DNA from: Longimicrobiales bacterium | Lineage (GTDB): Bacteria > Gemmatimonadota > Gemmatimonadetes > Longimicrobiales > RSA9 | Assembly: GCA_041568755.1 (NCBI GenBank) | Contig: JBFFZF010000002.1 | Location: 1-63,787, forward strand | Length of the DNA stretch: 63,787 bases | Direction of reading: 5' to 3' | Part shown: piece by piece, positions 17,362 through 27,712 of the stretch | Position numbering within the stretch: the stretch's first letter is position 1 | How the letters are laid out: every line of letters begins with the position of its first letter | The notes under the pieces: generated by a model | Databases searched by the model: none | What the model was told of the DNA's origin: nothing | Seen by the model: the letters and a program-made list of their open reading frames with translations, nothing else | Program-made: the position numbers and the translations under genes

Positions 17362-18591
17362 TCAAGACCTTCGTGCGCGAACCAGGTCGATCACGCGGCC
17401 GATGTCCGCCTCGTCGTTGTAGAGCGCTGTGGAAAACCGCAGAACGCCGCGTCGGATCGACAGCCGTACGTTGTGCGCGACGAGGTGCTCGTAGAGCGCG
17501 GTCATGGCGGGGTCATCGGCCGTGTCGTGACGACCGCCGCCGCTCGTGCCGACGGCGACAATGTGCGCGATGTCGGGGTCGTCGGGACGACCGGCGACGG
17601 GAAGGCCGAGCTCCAGCAGCCCGGCGCTCAGTCGGGCGGCGAGCGCGCGCACGTGTGACTCGATCCGATCGATGCCGATGGAACCGATCAGGCGCAGCGC
17701 CGCCGTAGCGGCGGCGGCACCGAGATAGTTGTAGTTGCCCAGATCGAACCGGCGTGCACCGGGCCGGTAGCGCAGTGTGCCGTCGCCCAGGGCCGTCTCG
17801 TGCGCGTCGGTGCCCAGGTCGATGCCGTAGCGGGCGACGTGTGCAGGGACCATTTCTTCTGCGAGCGCGCGCCGGATCCACAGGAACCCGAAGCCGTACA
17901 CGGAAAGCAGGCACTTCTGCGTGGCGACGGCCAGCGCATCGACGCCCAGCGCATGCACATCCGTGCGGATCGCGCCAACCGACTGCGCTGCGTCGAGCAG
18001 CACGAGGGCGCCGCGTGCGCGTGCCTCGCGCGCGAGTCGCGGCACGTCCGTGATGAAGCCCGGCGAGAAGGAGATGTGCGGGACGGTGACGAGGCGGGTG
18101 CGTTCATCGATCGCCTCGATCAGACGATCGACCGGGATCCGGCCACCTGCCGCCGGCACGGTGCGCACTTCGATCCCGTGCCGGGCGCGCAGGTTGTACC
18201 AGAGGTAGACGTTGTTGGGATGCTCGAGGTCCGGACAGAACACGACGTTGTCGCCCCGGCGCCAGGGCAGACTGGCCGCGAAGAGGTTGAGCGCTTCCGA
18301 CACGTTCTTCGTGATGGCGACCTCGTCCGGCTGTGCGCCGATCAGGCCGGCCAGCAGGGTGCGCGCGCTTTCGACCGAGGCGTGCAGCGCCTTCTTGTCG
18401 ACGCGCCCGGAGACGCGCGCATCGAGGTGCCGGTCGATGGCCTCGCGCACGGGGACGGGGATCAGCCCGCACACGGAGACATCGAGGTAGGTATGCGCGG
18501 CCGCACCCGGGAAGAGCGCCCGCGCGTCGCGCAGCGCATGCGGGGCGTCGCCAGGTGGCTCCCGTTGCGGATTCGTGCCGGCGCGCGTCAT
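17362..18591 (-). CDS. Class V aminotransferase / cysteine desulfurase-family PLP enzyme
   Basis: Internal start MTRAGTN... overlaps the upstream stop (ATGA). The PLP-Lys context is LAVATQKCLL. The family pattern runs throughout. Confidence 0.75.
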   Translation of the reverse strand: MTRAGTNPQREPPGDAPHALRDARALFPGAAAHTYLDVSVCGLIPVPVREAIDRHLDARVSGRVDKKALHASVESARTLLAGLIGAQPDEVAITKNVSEALNLFAASLPWRRGDNVVFCPDLEHPNNVYLWYNLRARHGIEVRTVPAAGGRIPVDRLIEAIDERTRLVTVPHISFSPGFITDVPRLAREARARGALVLLDAAQSVGAIRTDVHALGVDALAVATQKCLLSVYGFGFLWIRRALAEEMVPAHVARYGIDLGTDAHETALGDGTLRYRPGARRFDLGNYNYLGAAAATAALRLIGSIGIDRIESHVRALAARLSAGLLELGLPVAGRPDDPDIAHIVAVGTSGGGRHDTADDPAMTALYEHLVAHNVRLSIRRGVLRFSTALYNDEADIGRVIDLVRARRS

Positions 18592-19823
18592 GCGAGCGTC
18601 CCGGCGGCGCGCCTCGCCTCGGCGTGCGCCACGATGGTCGTGCCGACCATGTCGCCCATGACGTTGACGGTCGTGTTGCCCATGTCGACGAGTCGGTAGA
18701 TGCCGCCGATGATCGCGGCGATCTCGAGCGGCAGGTTGAAGGCCTGGACGAAGATGAGCGCGATGACGAGGCCGCCGCCCGGGATCCCGCCGGATCCTTC
18801 GGACAGGATCAGCCCGATCACCAGGATCGTGAGCATCTGGCCGATCGTGAACTCGATACCGGCGGCCTGCGCCGTGAAGAGCAGGATCGCGGACAGCATG
18901 ATCGACGTGCCGTCCTTGTTGATCTGCGCGCCGAGCGGCAGCGTGAACGCGTAGACCGAGCGCGGCAGTCCGTTCCGTTCGGCCAGATCGAGTGCTACGG
19001 ACAGCGATGCCAGGCTCGACGTCGTCGAGACCGTCGTGGCCCAGAGTGTGCCGTTCTCGCGGAGGAAGCGCAGCGGCGCCCGGTCGGTCCAAACGCGCAG
19101 CAGCGTGAGGTAGACGCCGACCATGGCCAGCTGCGCGACCCACACGCCGATCAGGAAACGCGCCAATGGGCCGAACAGCTCGGCCCCGTAGCGGCCGACC
19201 GTGACGGCCATCAGCGCGCCGATACCCCAGGGCGCGACGATCAGGATCACGTCGACCAGCTTGCGCAGAAGCTCGGCCAGCAGTGCGTAGGCGGAGCGCA
19301 GGCGGTCCCGCGGGTCCGCCGGCAGGAGCAGCGTCGTGATGCCGAGCAGCACGGAGAACACGACGATCTGCGCGACTTTGCCCTCGGCGAACGCCTGCAC
19401 GATGTTCGTGGGCACCAGGTCCATGATCACGCCGCCCACGGACGGCACCTCGCCGATCGCCTGATCGACCGTTCCGGTGAGTTGCATGCCGCGACCGGGC
19501 CGGATCAGCGTCATCGCGATGAGCCCGAGTGTGAGTGCGAGCGTCGTCGTGAGCATGTAGTACGCGACGATGCGGACCGCCAGCCGCCCGAACGTGCGCA
19601 CATCGGTGAGTGCGGTCAGGCCGGCGAGCAGGTTGAAGAAGACGAGCGGCACGGCCGCGAGGACGAGCAGCCGGATGAACAGGTCGCCGACCGGTTCGAT
19701 GACTGCGATCGGCTCGCCGATCACGGCGCCGGCCGCGGCGCCCGCGATCATGCCGAGCAGGATGCGCGTGCCGAGGCCGAACCGTCCGGTTGCGGCGGGG
19801 CCGCTGTCCGGCGCCTCGCTCAC
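18588..19823 (-). CDS. Dicarboxylate/amino acid:cation symporter (DAACS, GltP-like)
   Basis: Typical DAACS C-terminal hairpin region (SEGSGGIPGGGLV...VNVMGDMVGTTIV). A GTG start at 19823 overlaps the S41 stop (GTGA). Confidence 0.85.
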   Translation of the reverse strand: MSEAPDSGPAATGRFGLGTRILLGMIAGAAAGAVIGEPIAVIEPVGDLFIRLLVLAAVPLVFFNLLAGLTALTDVRTFGRLAVRIVAYYMLTTTLALTLGLIAMTLIRPGRGMQLTGTVDQAIGEVPSVGGVIMDLVPTNIVQAFAEGKVAQIVVFSVLLGITTLLLPADPRDRLRSAYALLAELLRKLVDVILIVAPWGIGALMAVTVGRYGAELFGPLARFLIGVWVAQLAMVGVYLTLLRVWTDRAPLRFLRENGTLWATTVSTTSSLASLSVALDLAERNGLPRSVYAFTLPLGAQINKDGTSIMLSAILLFTAQAAGIEFTIGQMLTILVIGLILSEGSGGIPGGGLVIALIFVQAFNLPLEIAAIIGGIYRLVDMGNTTVNVMGDMVGTTIVAHAEARRAAGTLA

Positions 19824-21469
19824 CGGCGCACCGGGCCCGTGGTGAGTCCCCGTCCCGCGGGATGGCCCAGCGTCGCGAAGTGCGCGAGTGCGCGCCCGAG
19901 CAGCAGATCGTAGTAGAGCGCGAAGTTCTCGCGCGTCACCGGCAGAAGTTCGTCGACCTGCGCCGGGTTGCCTTCCAGCACCTGTCCGTTCGGCCGGATC
20001 GTGTGTCCGATCGACCACATGAAGCGCACGACCGGCTGCGCGGTGCCGGGGAAGGTCAGGACTTCCTCCCACTCCCACGTGTTCGAGTAGCCGCCCGCCG
20101 GCATGCCGACGACGTGGCCGAGATCGTTGTCGACGATGATCGAGACGAACTGGTCGAGGTGCGAGCCGCCGTGCGGGCCGCTGAGCACGACGAGCGGGCC
20201 GCGAAAATGCACGGGTGCGGGTTGCAGCACGCCGTCTGCGTCGCGCGGCGCGTGCGCGACCTTGAACGGCACGTCGTTCGACCACGCTTCACCGCGCGCG
20301 AGCGCAGGCTCGACGTCGTGCCGCAGCCAGTCGATGAGCCAGGTGCCATCATCGATCGTCTCCGGGACACCGTTGTCCGTGACCTGGCGGCGCTGGAAGG
20401 CGAGGGTGCGCTCCTCGATGAAGGGGGCGATGACGTCACTCAGTCGCAGGTTGCCGAACGTCGTGCGGAACGGCCGCGACTGCAGCCGCTGCAGCGCGTA
20501 AGGCCCGAGCGAGCCACCGCGACTGCGCGTCGCGTCGATGATCAGCGCATGGTCCAGCCGTCCGCTGCGCGCGCCGATCGCGACCAGGCTGTCGACATCG
20601 GGAACGAGCGTTTCCCGGAACCCGTGCCAGCGCAGCAGGACCACGGGCCGGTCCTCGTCCGGCAGGTAGAGATCGTACGTGCCGGTCGAGCGCTCGAGCT
20701 GGAAGCCCGGATAGCGTGGCTCGCCGCCGCCGGTCCACACGAGCTCGCCGGTTTGCTGATAGGCGAGTGCGTGCGCCCTCCGCGTGCCGTCGGGTCGCTC
20801 CGTTTCGAGGCGCAGGACATCGCCCTGCATCGACGACGGGAGCAGCCCGGTCCGCTGCGGCAGGATCTCCGCGATCTTCCAGCGCAGGCCGGCGCGCGAC
20901 GAATGACGCACATGGGGTGCGACGGCCGCCTCCCACGCGTCGATCGCCTGGCCGTTCACGGCCAGGATGCGGTCGCCGGGCGCGGGCGCGCCCGACCCGG
21001 CGCCCGGGGCGACGTCGGCCACGAAGTAGGCGGGCGCATCCGTCGCGAAGTCGGGCAGCACGCGGATCGGCGCCTGCGGCGGTGGCGCCGGGTCTTCGCC
21101 ACCCGCGACAGGCACACCGTACGACGTGGGCAACGTGAGCCCGCCGGGCACGAGTGCGACATCGAGGTGACGGTCGCGGCGCGCGTTGCTCACGCGGCTC
21201 AGCGCGTGAAACAGCTCCTCCTCCGTGCGCGCTGCGATGACCGCGTCGCGCAGGGCGGCCATGTCGCGCAGCGGGTCGAAGCCGAGCGCCTGGTTCTTCG
21301 GCGCGGAGAAGGCCTCGCGGCGGGCCGTGCGGGCGAGGATGGTGTCGAACAGCGCGGCGCGCAGCCCGGGCGTGCCGAGTGCGGCGGAGCGAACGGCCTG
21401 ATCGCCACCGCAGCCGACCACGAGCGAGAGGCACAGCGCGGTGTTGAGCGACCTTCGCATGGTTCGCAC
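19820..21469 (-). CDS. S41-family (tail-specific/C-terminal processing-like) peptidase lipoprotein with a PDZ-like segment
   Basis: Lipobox LVVGC, PDZ-like GDRILAVNGQAID, and LIIDATRSRGGS and VVLSGPHGGSHLDQF resembling S41 core motifs. Confidence 0.65.
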   Translation of the reverse strand: MRTMRRSLNTALCLSLVVGCGGDQAVRSAALGTPGLRAALFDTILARTARREAFSAPKNQALGFDPLRDMAALRDAVIAARTEEELFHALSRVSNARRDRHLDVALVPGGLTLPTSYGVPVAGGEDPAPPPQAPIRVLPDFATDAPAYFVADVAPGAGSGAPAPGDRILAVNGQAIDAWEAAVAPHVRHSSRAGLRWKIAEILPQRTGLLPSSMQGDVLRLETERPDGTRRAHALAYQQTGELVWTGGGEPRYPGFQLERSTGTYDLYLPDEDRPVVLLRWHGFRETLVPDVDSLVAIGARSGRLDHALIIDATRSRGGSLGPYALQRLQSRPFRTTFGNLRLSDVIAPFIEERTLAFQRRQVTDNGVPETIDDGTWLIDWLRHDVEPALARGEAWSNDVPFKVAHAPRDADGVLQPAPVHFRGPLVVLSGPHGGSHLDQFVSIIVDNDLGHVVGMPAGGYSNTWEWEEVLTFPGTAQPVVRFMWSIGHTIRPNGQVLEGNPAQVDELLPVTRENFALYYDLLLGRALAHFATLGHPAGRGLTTGPVRR

Positions 21470-21725
21470 TCCGACCGGGTCGATCGTGCGTTCGCTCCGC
21501 CCGGAGCGCCGCCGTCAGAGGCGCAAGCTTCCGGTCGCGGCCGGGCCGCGCAAGACCGGGACGCGACGTGCGGAAGCCTGTCGGCAGGGCTTGCCCCGCG
21601 CTGGTCCACGTCGCCTATTGACGGAGCCCGTTCCGCATCGCTGGTCGCACCGGGCGTCCAGTCGTCCCGCCCGGTCTCGAAGACGCTGCACCGGCAGTCC
21701 GTACTCCCGCAGCCAGGAGCTCACC

Positions 21726-24700
21726 ATGTCGGCCCCGCACAGCCGCGGCGCAGGTCGCGCCACCGTTGCGATCCTCGCATTCGTTCTTTCCGGTCCGCCG
21801 CTGATCGCGCCGGCCGGACTCGACGCACAGCAGATCACCGCGGACGCGCTCCAGCCGCTCCGGTTCCGCCACATCGGACCGGTCGGCAACCGGATCGCGA
21901 CGGTGTCCGGCGTGGTGAGCGATCGGCTCACCTACTACGTCGGCGCAGCCTCGGGTGGCGTGTGGAAGACGACGGACGGCGGCACGATCTGGACGCCGAT
22001 CTTCGATGACCAGCCGTCGCACGCGATCGGCGCGCTCGCGGTCTCGATGTCGGACCCATCGGTCGTCTGGGTGGGCACGGGCGAACCGCACATCCGCTCG
22101 AACGTGTCGCTCGGGGACGGCGTCTACAAGTCGACCGACGCGGGCCGGACATGGCGCAACATGGGGCTCAATGCCACGGGCCGGATCAGCCGCGTCGTGA
22201 TTCACCCGACGAACCCGGACATCGTCTGGATCGCCGCACTGGGCCACGCGCACGGGCCGCAACGCGAGCGCGGCATCTTCAAGACGACGGACGGTGGCGC
22301 GACGTGGCGGCACGTGCTGTTCGTCGACGAGAACACGGGCGCGTCCAGCCTGGTCATCGATCCCAACAACCCGCGCGTCATGTTCGCGGGCATGTGGCAG
22401 ATTGTCGTGAACACGTGGGGCCGGGAGAGCGGCGGGCCGGGCAGCGGAATGTTCATGTCGCGGGACGGCGGGGACACGTGGACACGAATGCAGGGCAACG
22501 GCCTGCCCGGGCCGCCGATCGGCAAGATCGACGTGTGCATGACGCGGGCCGATTCGGATCGCATCTACGCGCTGATCGAGACGGGCGATGGCGTGCCGTG
22601 GCACGGCCAGCCGACGGGCACGGGCGAGCTTTGGCGCTCCGACAACGGCGGCACCAGCTGGCGGCTCATGACGCACGATCGCGATTTCGGCGGCCGCACG
22701 GCGTACTACAACCAGTGTCGCGTCACACCGGATGACCCGGACGAGGCGTACTTCCTGACCGCCCCGTTCGTGCGTTCGATCGACGGCGGACGGACCCGCG
22801 CATCGGATGAGGGTCGGCAAAGCCCGGGCGGCGACAATCACGACCTGTGGTTCGATCCGCACGACGGCAACCGCATGATCGTCGGCAACGACGGCGGCGT
22901 GTCCATCTCGCAGAACCGCGGCCGCACGTGGCACCGCGTGCAGTTGCCCATCGCGCAGATGTACCACGTCACGGCGGACAACGCGATCCCGTACAACGTC
23001 ATGGGCAATCGCCAGGACGGGCCGTCCACGCGCGGGCCCAGCAACACGCTGCACGGCGGCGGCATCCCGCGCGGCGACTGGCACGGCGTTGGCGGCGGCG
23101 AGAGCGGCTTCGCGACGCCGGACCCGCAGGACCCGACCATCGTCTGGTCGAGTGCGTCGGGCTCGGGCGCGCGCGGCGGGATCGTCGTGCGCTACAACGA
23201 GCGCAACCGCCAGTTCCGCATGGTCGAGGTGTGGCCGGAAAGCACCGGCGGCTGGCCGGCCGAGGAACTGCGCTTCCGCTTCCAGTGGACGTTCCCGCTG
23301 CTCATCTCGCCGCACGACCGGAACACGCTCTTCGTGACCAGCCAGCACGTGCACCGCACCACGAACGGCGGCCAGAGCTGGCAGGTCATCAGCCCGGACC
23401 TGACGACCAACGACAAGAGCCGGCAGGGCATCTCCGGCGGGCTCACGCCCGACAACATCGGCGTCGAGTACTGCTGCGTCATCTACGCGTTCGACGAATC
23501 GCCCGCGCAGGCCGGCGTGTTCTACGCCGGCTCGAACGACGGCAAGGTGCACGTCAGCCGTGACAACGGCGCGAACTGGGTCGACGTCACGCCCAGTCTG
23601 CCCGGCTTCCCGCGCGACGGCGTGGTGCGCGGCATCGACGCCTCGAAGTGGGATGCCGGCAAGGCCTACATGGTCGTCGAGGCCCACCAGGTGGGCGATT
23701 TCCGGACCTACGCCTACAAGACCACCGATTACGGCCGGACCTGGACCGCGATCACGAACGGCGTGCCCGCCAGCCCGCTCAGTTTCACACGCAGCATCCA
23801 GGAGGACCCCGTCCGGCCGGGGCTGCTCTACATGGGCACCGAGAACCGCATCTACGTGTCGTTCAACGATGGCGCGAACTGGCAGCCGCTCATCAACAAC
23901 ATGCCGCCCGCGCCGATGTACGGCATCGTCGTGCAGCCGAACTTCAACGACCTGGTCATCGGCACCTACGGCCGCGGCTTCTGGATCCTCGATGACCTCA
24001 CGCCGCTCCAGCAACTCACTCCCCAGGTCGCTGCCGCAGCCGCGCACCTGTTCGCGCCGCGCGACGCCTGGCGCTTCCAGGGCCGGACGTCGCCCATGTC
24101 GATGTCGAACGACATGACCGCAGGCCAGAATCCGCCATACGGAGCATCGATCAACTACTGGCTGGGTAGCGCACCGCGCGGCAACGTGACGATCCGCATC
24201 GCCAACTCCGAGGGCCGGACCGTGCGCACACTGCGAGGCACGCGCAACACCGGCATCAACCGCGTGTGGTGGGACCTCGAGGACGAGCCGACCGTGCCCG
24301 TCCGCATGCGCACGACGCCGCTGTACGCGGACTGGGTCGACCTCGGGCCCGAACGCGTGCGCGTCGTCGCCAGCGGCCCGACCATCCTGCAGCCGCCCGG
24401 CAGCTACACCGTGACGCTCGAAGTCGACGGACAGACGTTCAGCCAGCCGCTGCGCGTGCTCAAGGACCCGAACTCCGACGGCACGGAGGCGGAGATCCGT
24501 GCGCAGGTCACGCTGCTCGAGCGCGTCCGCGCCGATCACGACCTGGCCGCCGAAGCGATCAACCGCATCGAATGGGTACGGCGTCAGCTGTACGACCTCG
24601 CGGCGATCCTCGAGGACCAGGGCAACGCGCCCGAACTCATCGCTGCCGGCGATTCGCTCGTCGCCCGGCTGATCACCATCGAGGAAGACCTCATCCAGTT

Positions 24701-24971
24701 GCGTGTGACAGGGACCGGCCCGGACGGTGTGCGCTGGCCCGCGAAGGTCTCCGAAAGACTGCGTTATCTGCTGGGCAACATCGCGACGGCCGATTTCCGG
24801 CCCAATGACCAGCAGGGCGAGGTCCACGTCGTGCTGAAGACGCGGCTGGAGGCGGCGCGCGCGGCGCTCGAGCAGGTCATGTCCAACGAGCTGCCCGCGT
24901 TCAACCGGCGGCTGCAGCAGCGCAACCTCCCCGGTATCATCACGGACGGCGAGGATCGCGGAGGGTACTGA
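21726..24971 (+). CDS. Sortilin/VPS10-like BNR-repeat beta-propeller protein (secreted)
   Basis: Repeated S/T-x-D-x-G-x-T-W (BNR) motifs: KTTDGGTIW, KSTDAGRTW, KTTDGGATW, SRDGGDTW, RSDNGGTSW. A signal peptide follows the ATG at 21726. Confidence 0.85.
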   Translation: MSAPHSRGAGRATVAILAFVLSGPPLIAPAGLDAQQITADALQPLRFRHIGPVGNRIATVSGVVSDRLTYYVGAASGGVWKTTDGGTIWTPIFDDQPSHAIGALAVSMSDPSVVWVGTGEPHIRSNVSLGDGVYKSTDAGRTWRNMGLNATGRISRVVIHPTNPDIVWIAALGHAHGPQRERGIFKTTDGGATWRHVLFVDENTGASSLVIDPNNPRVMFAGMWQIVVNTWGRESGGPGSGMFMSRDGGDTWTRMQGNGLPGPPIGKIDVCMTRADSDRIYALIETGDGVPWHGQPTGTGELWRSDNGGTSWRLMTHDRDFGGRTAYYNQCRVTPDDPDEAYFLTAPFVRSIDGGRTRASDEGRQSPGGDNHDLWFDPHDGNRMIVGNDGGVSISQNRGRTWHRVQLPIAQMYHVTADNAIPYNVMGNRQDGPSTRGPSNTLHGGGIPRGDWHGVGGGESGFATPDPQDPTIVWSSASGSGARGGIVVRYNERNRQFRMVEVWPESTGGWPAEELRFRFQWTFPLLISPHDRNTLFVTSQHVHRTTNGGQSWQVISPDLTTNDKSRQGISGGLTPDNIGVEYCCVIYAFDESPAQAGVFYAGSNDGKVHVSRDNGANWVDVTPSLPGFPRDGVVRGIDASKWDAGKAYMVVEAHQVGDFRTYAYKTTDYGRTWTAITNGVPASPLSFTRSIQEDPVRPGLLYMGTENRIYVSFNDGANWQPLINNMPPAPMYGIVVQPNFNDLVIGTYGRGFWILDDLTPLQQLTPQVAAAAAHLFAPRDAWRFQGRTSPMSMSNDMTAGQNPPYGASINYWLGSAPRGNVTIRIANSEGRTVRTLRGTRNTGINRVWWDLEDEPTVPVRMRTTPLYADWVDLGPERVRVVASGPTILQPPGSYTVTLEVDGQTFSQPLRVLKDPNSDGTEAEIRAQVTLLERVRADHDLAAEAINRIEWVRRQLYDLAAILEDQGNAPELIAAGDSLVARLITIEEDLIQLRVTGTGPDGVRWPAKVSERLRYLLGNIATADFRPNDQQGEVHVVLKTRLEAARAALEQVMSNELPAFNRRLQQRNLPGIITDGEDRGGY

Positions 24972-24997
24972 TGAGGGCGTGGAGATGAACAGATTAT

Positions 24998-25157
24998 TCA
25001 ACCGCGGAGAGCGCGGAGAGCGCGGAGGACGGACTGGGATTCCAATTTGAAAGGCGGGAGCCGTGCCCGGTGGCGAGCGGTCACAACAGCGAGCCCGCGG
25101 CCATCGGTCCAGCCCGCAGGCTCCGTTCTCCGCGCCCTCCGCGCTCTCCGCGGTTGA
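24998..25157. repeat. Inverted-repeat element: 30-bp arms (1 mismatch) flanking a 100-nt core, between convergent genes
   Basis: Left arm ttcaaccgcggagagcgcggagagcgcggag pairs with right arm ctccgcgccctccgcgctctccgcggttga. Each arm contains tandem gagagcgcg units. Confidence 0.8.
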
Positions 25158-25267
25158 TGATCTGTTCGAACGCAGCCCACCGCGAACGCACGAAGAAGCG
25201 AGAGGGGCCTCGCCACGATCGCGGCGAAGCCCCTCGACTCCGAAGATGAACCGGCTCAAGTCCAGAA

Positions 25268-26173
25268 CTACATCGCGGCAGGCCGGTTGTTGGTGATCGA
25301 CCGGTGGATCTTCCAGCTGCCGTCCTCGGCGCGGCGCGCGAGCAGCATGTACGCGCCCGTCGTCGTGACGGGACCGGCTTCGGTCGTCATGCTGAGCTCG
25401 TACCACCCACCGTCGAGCGCCCACTCGCCCAGGATCTCGGAACCGACGGCGTGGATGGTCAGCTGCGGGTTGCCCTCCGCCATCTGCTCGGCCATGCGGG
25501 CCTCGATGGCGGCGCGACCCGAGACTGGTGCCTCGTTGGCGAAGGACGCGACCCCGTCTTCCGTGTACAGGTCCGCGACCATCGAAGCGTGGCCGAGGTT
25601 GTAGTGCTGCGCGTAGGCAGCATACAGATCGGTCAACTCGCCTTCCTCGGGCGGCGGCTCCGCGACGCCCTCCGCCCACGGGAATCCTTCGGGCGGCGGC
25701 GCATCGAGGTTCGTCACCACGGCGCCGATCTTCCAGGCGCCGTTCTCGCGAGCGAACATCGTCATGTAGTTGCCCGTGAGCGTCATCGCCTCGCCCTCGG
25801 GCGGCGTGGTCGTCACCGAGTAGGTGCCGCGCGCCACGGCGTAGTCGCCCAGGACCATCGTTTCCGCAGTGTTGATGCTGAGGTTGGGCGTGCCGGCCAT
25901 GTCGGCCTCGAGCCCCGCCATGATGGCGGCCTTGCCCATGTCGACGGCGCCATCGGCGGCGAGGAACACGGCCGAGTCGCTGAACATGTCGGCGACCATC
26001 GAGGCGTGGTGCATGTTGTAGTGCGTGACGTAATCGGCACGGATCTGTTCGATCGCGGCCTCGTCGGCCGCCATGGCCGCCATTTCCGCGGTATCGTCCG
26101 CTGTTTCGCCGGTGTCCCCGGCGCAGGCGAGTGCCAGGCCGGCCATGAGGATCACAGGCAGGCGTAATTTCAT
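25268..26173 (-). CDS. Lipoprotein with two tandem NTF2-like (SnoaL/DUF4440-type) domains
   Basis: Start MKLRLPVILMAGLALAC (lipobox). Two internally similar halves: ...HYNMHHASMVADMFSD... and ...HYNLGHASMVADLYTED... Confidence 0.65.
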   Translation of the reverse strand: MKLRLPVILMAGLALACAGDTGETADDTAEMAAMAADEAAIEQIRADYVTHYNMHHASMVADMFSDSAVFLAADGAVDMGKAAIMAGLEADMAGTPNLSINTAETMVLGDYAVARGTYSVTTTPPEGEAMTLTGNYMTMFARENGAWKIGAVVTNLDAPPPEGFPWAEGVAEPPPEEGELTDLYAAYAQHYNLGHASMVADLYTEDGVASFANEAPVSGRAAIEARMAEQMAEGNPQLTIHAVGSEILGEWALDGGWYELSMTTEAGPVTTTGAYMLLARRAEDGSWKIHRSITNNRPAAM

Positions 26174-26497
26174 GGGATTCCTCCAGATGGAGTCAGGGGT
26201 CGGGGTCCTGAAGTTTTCCGGCTGATCGCTCACGTTAGGACGGCCGCTGCTGCGCTGTCAAGCGTTCGTTCGACCGTGCAAACCCCGAAAACCGGCTTCG
26301 GACCTCGACGGAACGGGCGTCTCAGACCGGTGAAAAGGGGCCCGGCTGAAGGCAAAGGCGGCGGGCGCGGAGGGGGATTGCCGGCGGCTCGCGACGTCGC
26401 GGTAGCGATTGCATGCCCGGGGGTGACCGGACAGTATTCGCGCATCAGTGCGAGCACCGCGATCAGGGCGAGCAGGGCAGGAAACCGACCGGGGAGC

Positions 26498-27688
26498 ATG
26501 ATCGGAAGACGAGGGCAGGGACGGGTTGCGGCCCTTTCGTTGCTGGTCCTTGCGGCAGGGTGCGCGGATGGAGCTCCTGCGGAGGCGACGGCCCCACCGG
26601 GGCAGTCCATTCCCGGCCTGGATGCGACGCAGCGCACGCGCTTCGACGAGGGCGCCGCTCTGCTGCAGTACGAGTTCACCCCTGAGGAAGGGCTGGGGCC
26701 GCTCTTCAACCAGCGGCGCTGCAGTTCATGCCACGATCTGCCCACGCCCGGCGGTATGGGAGACGAGCCGATCGTCCGCGTCGGGGTGTTCACGCCCCCG
26801 TCGACGTGCGATCTGCTGGTCGACGCGGGCGGGGAGAACATCCAACAACGGGCGACGCCCCAGCTCGAGGCCCTGGGCGTGCTCGGCGAGGACGTGCCCC
26901 GCGACCGCAACGCGAGCCTGGCCATCATCGTGCCACCGCCGCTCTACGGGCTGGGTCTGGTGGAAGCGATTGCGGAGTCCGCGCTGACGGCGAAGGCCGA
27001 TCCCGAGGATCGCGACGGCGACGGCATCTCCGGCCGCGTGGGACGCACGGTCGATGGCCGCGTCGGCCGCTTCGGCCGCAAAGCGGAGTTCGCGACGCTG
27101 GCCGACTTCATCGATGGGGCGGCGCGCGCGGAGATGGGGCTCACGACGCCCGCGCATCCCGTCGAGGAGACGCTGAACGGGGCGCCGCTGCCGCCGGGCA
27201 CGGACCCCGCGCCGGATCCCGAGCTGAGCGATGCGCAGCTGGCCCTGCTCGTCGACTTCGTGCGTTTCCTCGCGCCGCCCGAGCGTCCGGCGCTCACGGG
27301 CGCGGTCCGGGACACGGCGCGCCGCGGCGAGCGCGTGTTCCGGCGAGTGGGCTGCGACGCGTGCCACACGCCAGCACTGCGTACGGCGGCGGATGCGCCG
27401 CTGCCGCTGGCCGGTCGGACGCTCCGGCTCTACTCCGACCTGCTGCTCCATGACATGGGCGAGGAAGCGGCAACGGTGTGCGGCATCGGGGCAGAGCCCG
27501 CCGAGTGGCGCACGTCGCCGCTCATGGGGCTGCGGCTCCGTCACCGCTTCATGTACAACGGCCAGGCGGGCGGCGTCGGCACGGCCATCGAGATGCATGG
27601 CGGCGAGGGCGCGAGCGCGCGCAACGGGTACTTCCTTCTCGATGAGAACGACCGCAGGGCGCTCATCCGGTTTCTGCTGACGCTGTGA
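26498..27688 (+). CDS. Di-haem oxidoreductase/peroxidase-like lipoprotein (DUF1111 family)
   Basis: Lipobox LAAGC and two CxxCH motifs (CSSCH, CDACH) at DUF1111-like spacing. Confidence 0.7.
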   Translation: MIGRRGQGRVAALSLLVLAAGCADGAPAEATAPPGQSIPGLDATQRTRFDEGAALLQYEFTPEEGLGPLFNQRRCSSCHDLPTPGGMGDEPIVRVGVFTPPSTCDLLVDAGGENIQQRATPQLEALGVLGEDVPRDRNASLAIIVPPPLYGLGLVEAIAESALTAKADPEDRDGDGISGRVGRTVDGRVGRFGRKAEFATLADFIDGAARAEMGLTTPAHPVEETLNGAPLPPGTDPAPDPELSDAQLALLVDFVRFLAPPERPALTGAVRDTARRGERVFRRVGCDACHTPALRTAADAPLPLAGRTLRLYSDLLLHDMGEEAATVCGIGAEPAEWRTSPLMGLRLRHRFMYNGQAGGVGTAIEMHGGEGASARNGYFLLDENDRRALIRFLLTL

Positions 27689-27712
27689 CGTGCGACCGCT
27701 CCTGAGCGAGGT

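Noticed and set aside
21615-25679. 1354-aa ORF on the minus strand, the longest in the track
   Set aside because: It is antisense to the well-supported BNR/sortilin gene. Its composition is dominated by R/A/G/D/H/V with no recognisable motif. It also reads across the intergenic inverted-repeat element and, in a different reading frame, across the 3' part of the minus-strand NTF2-like lipoprotein gene. This is a typical high-GC shadow ORF.
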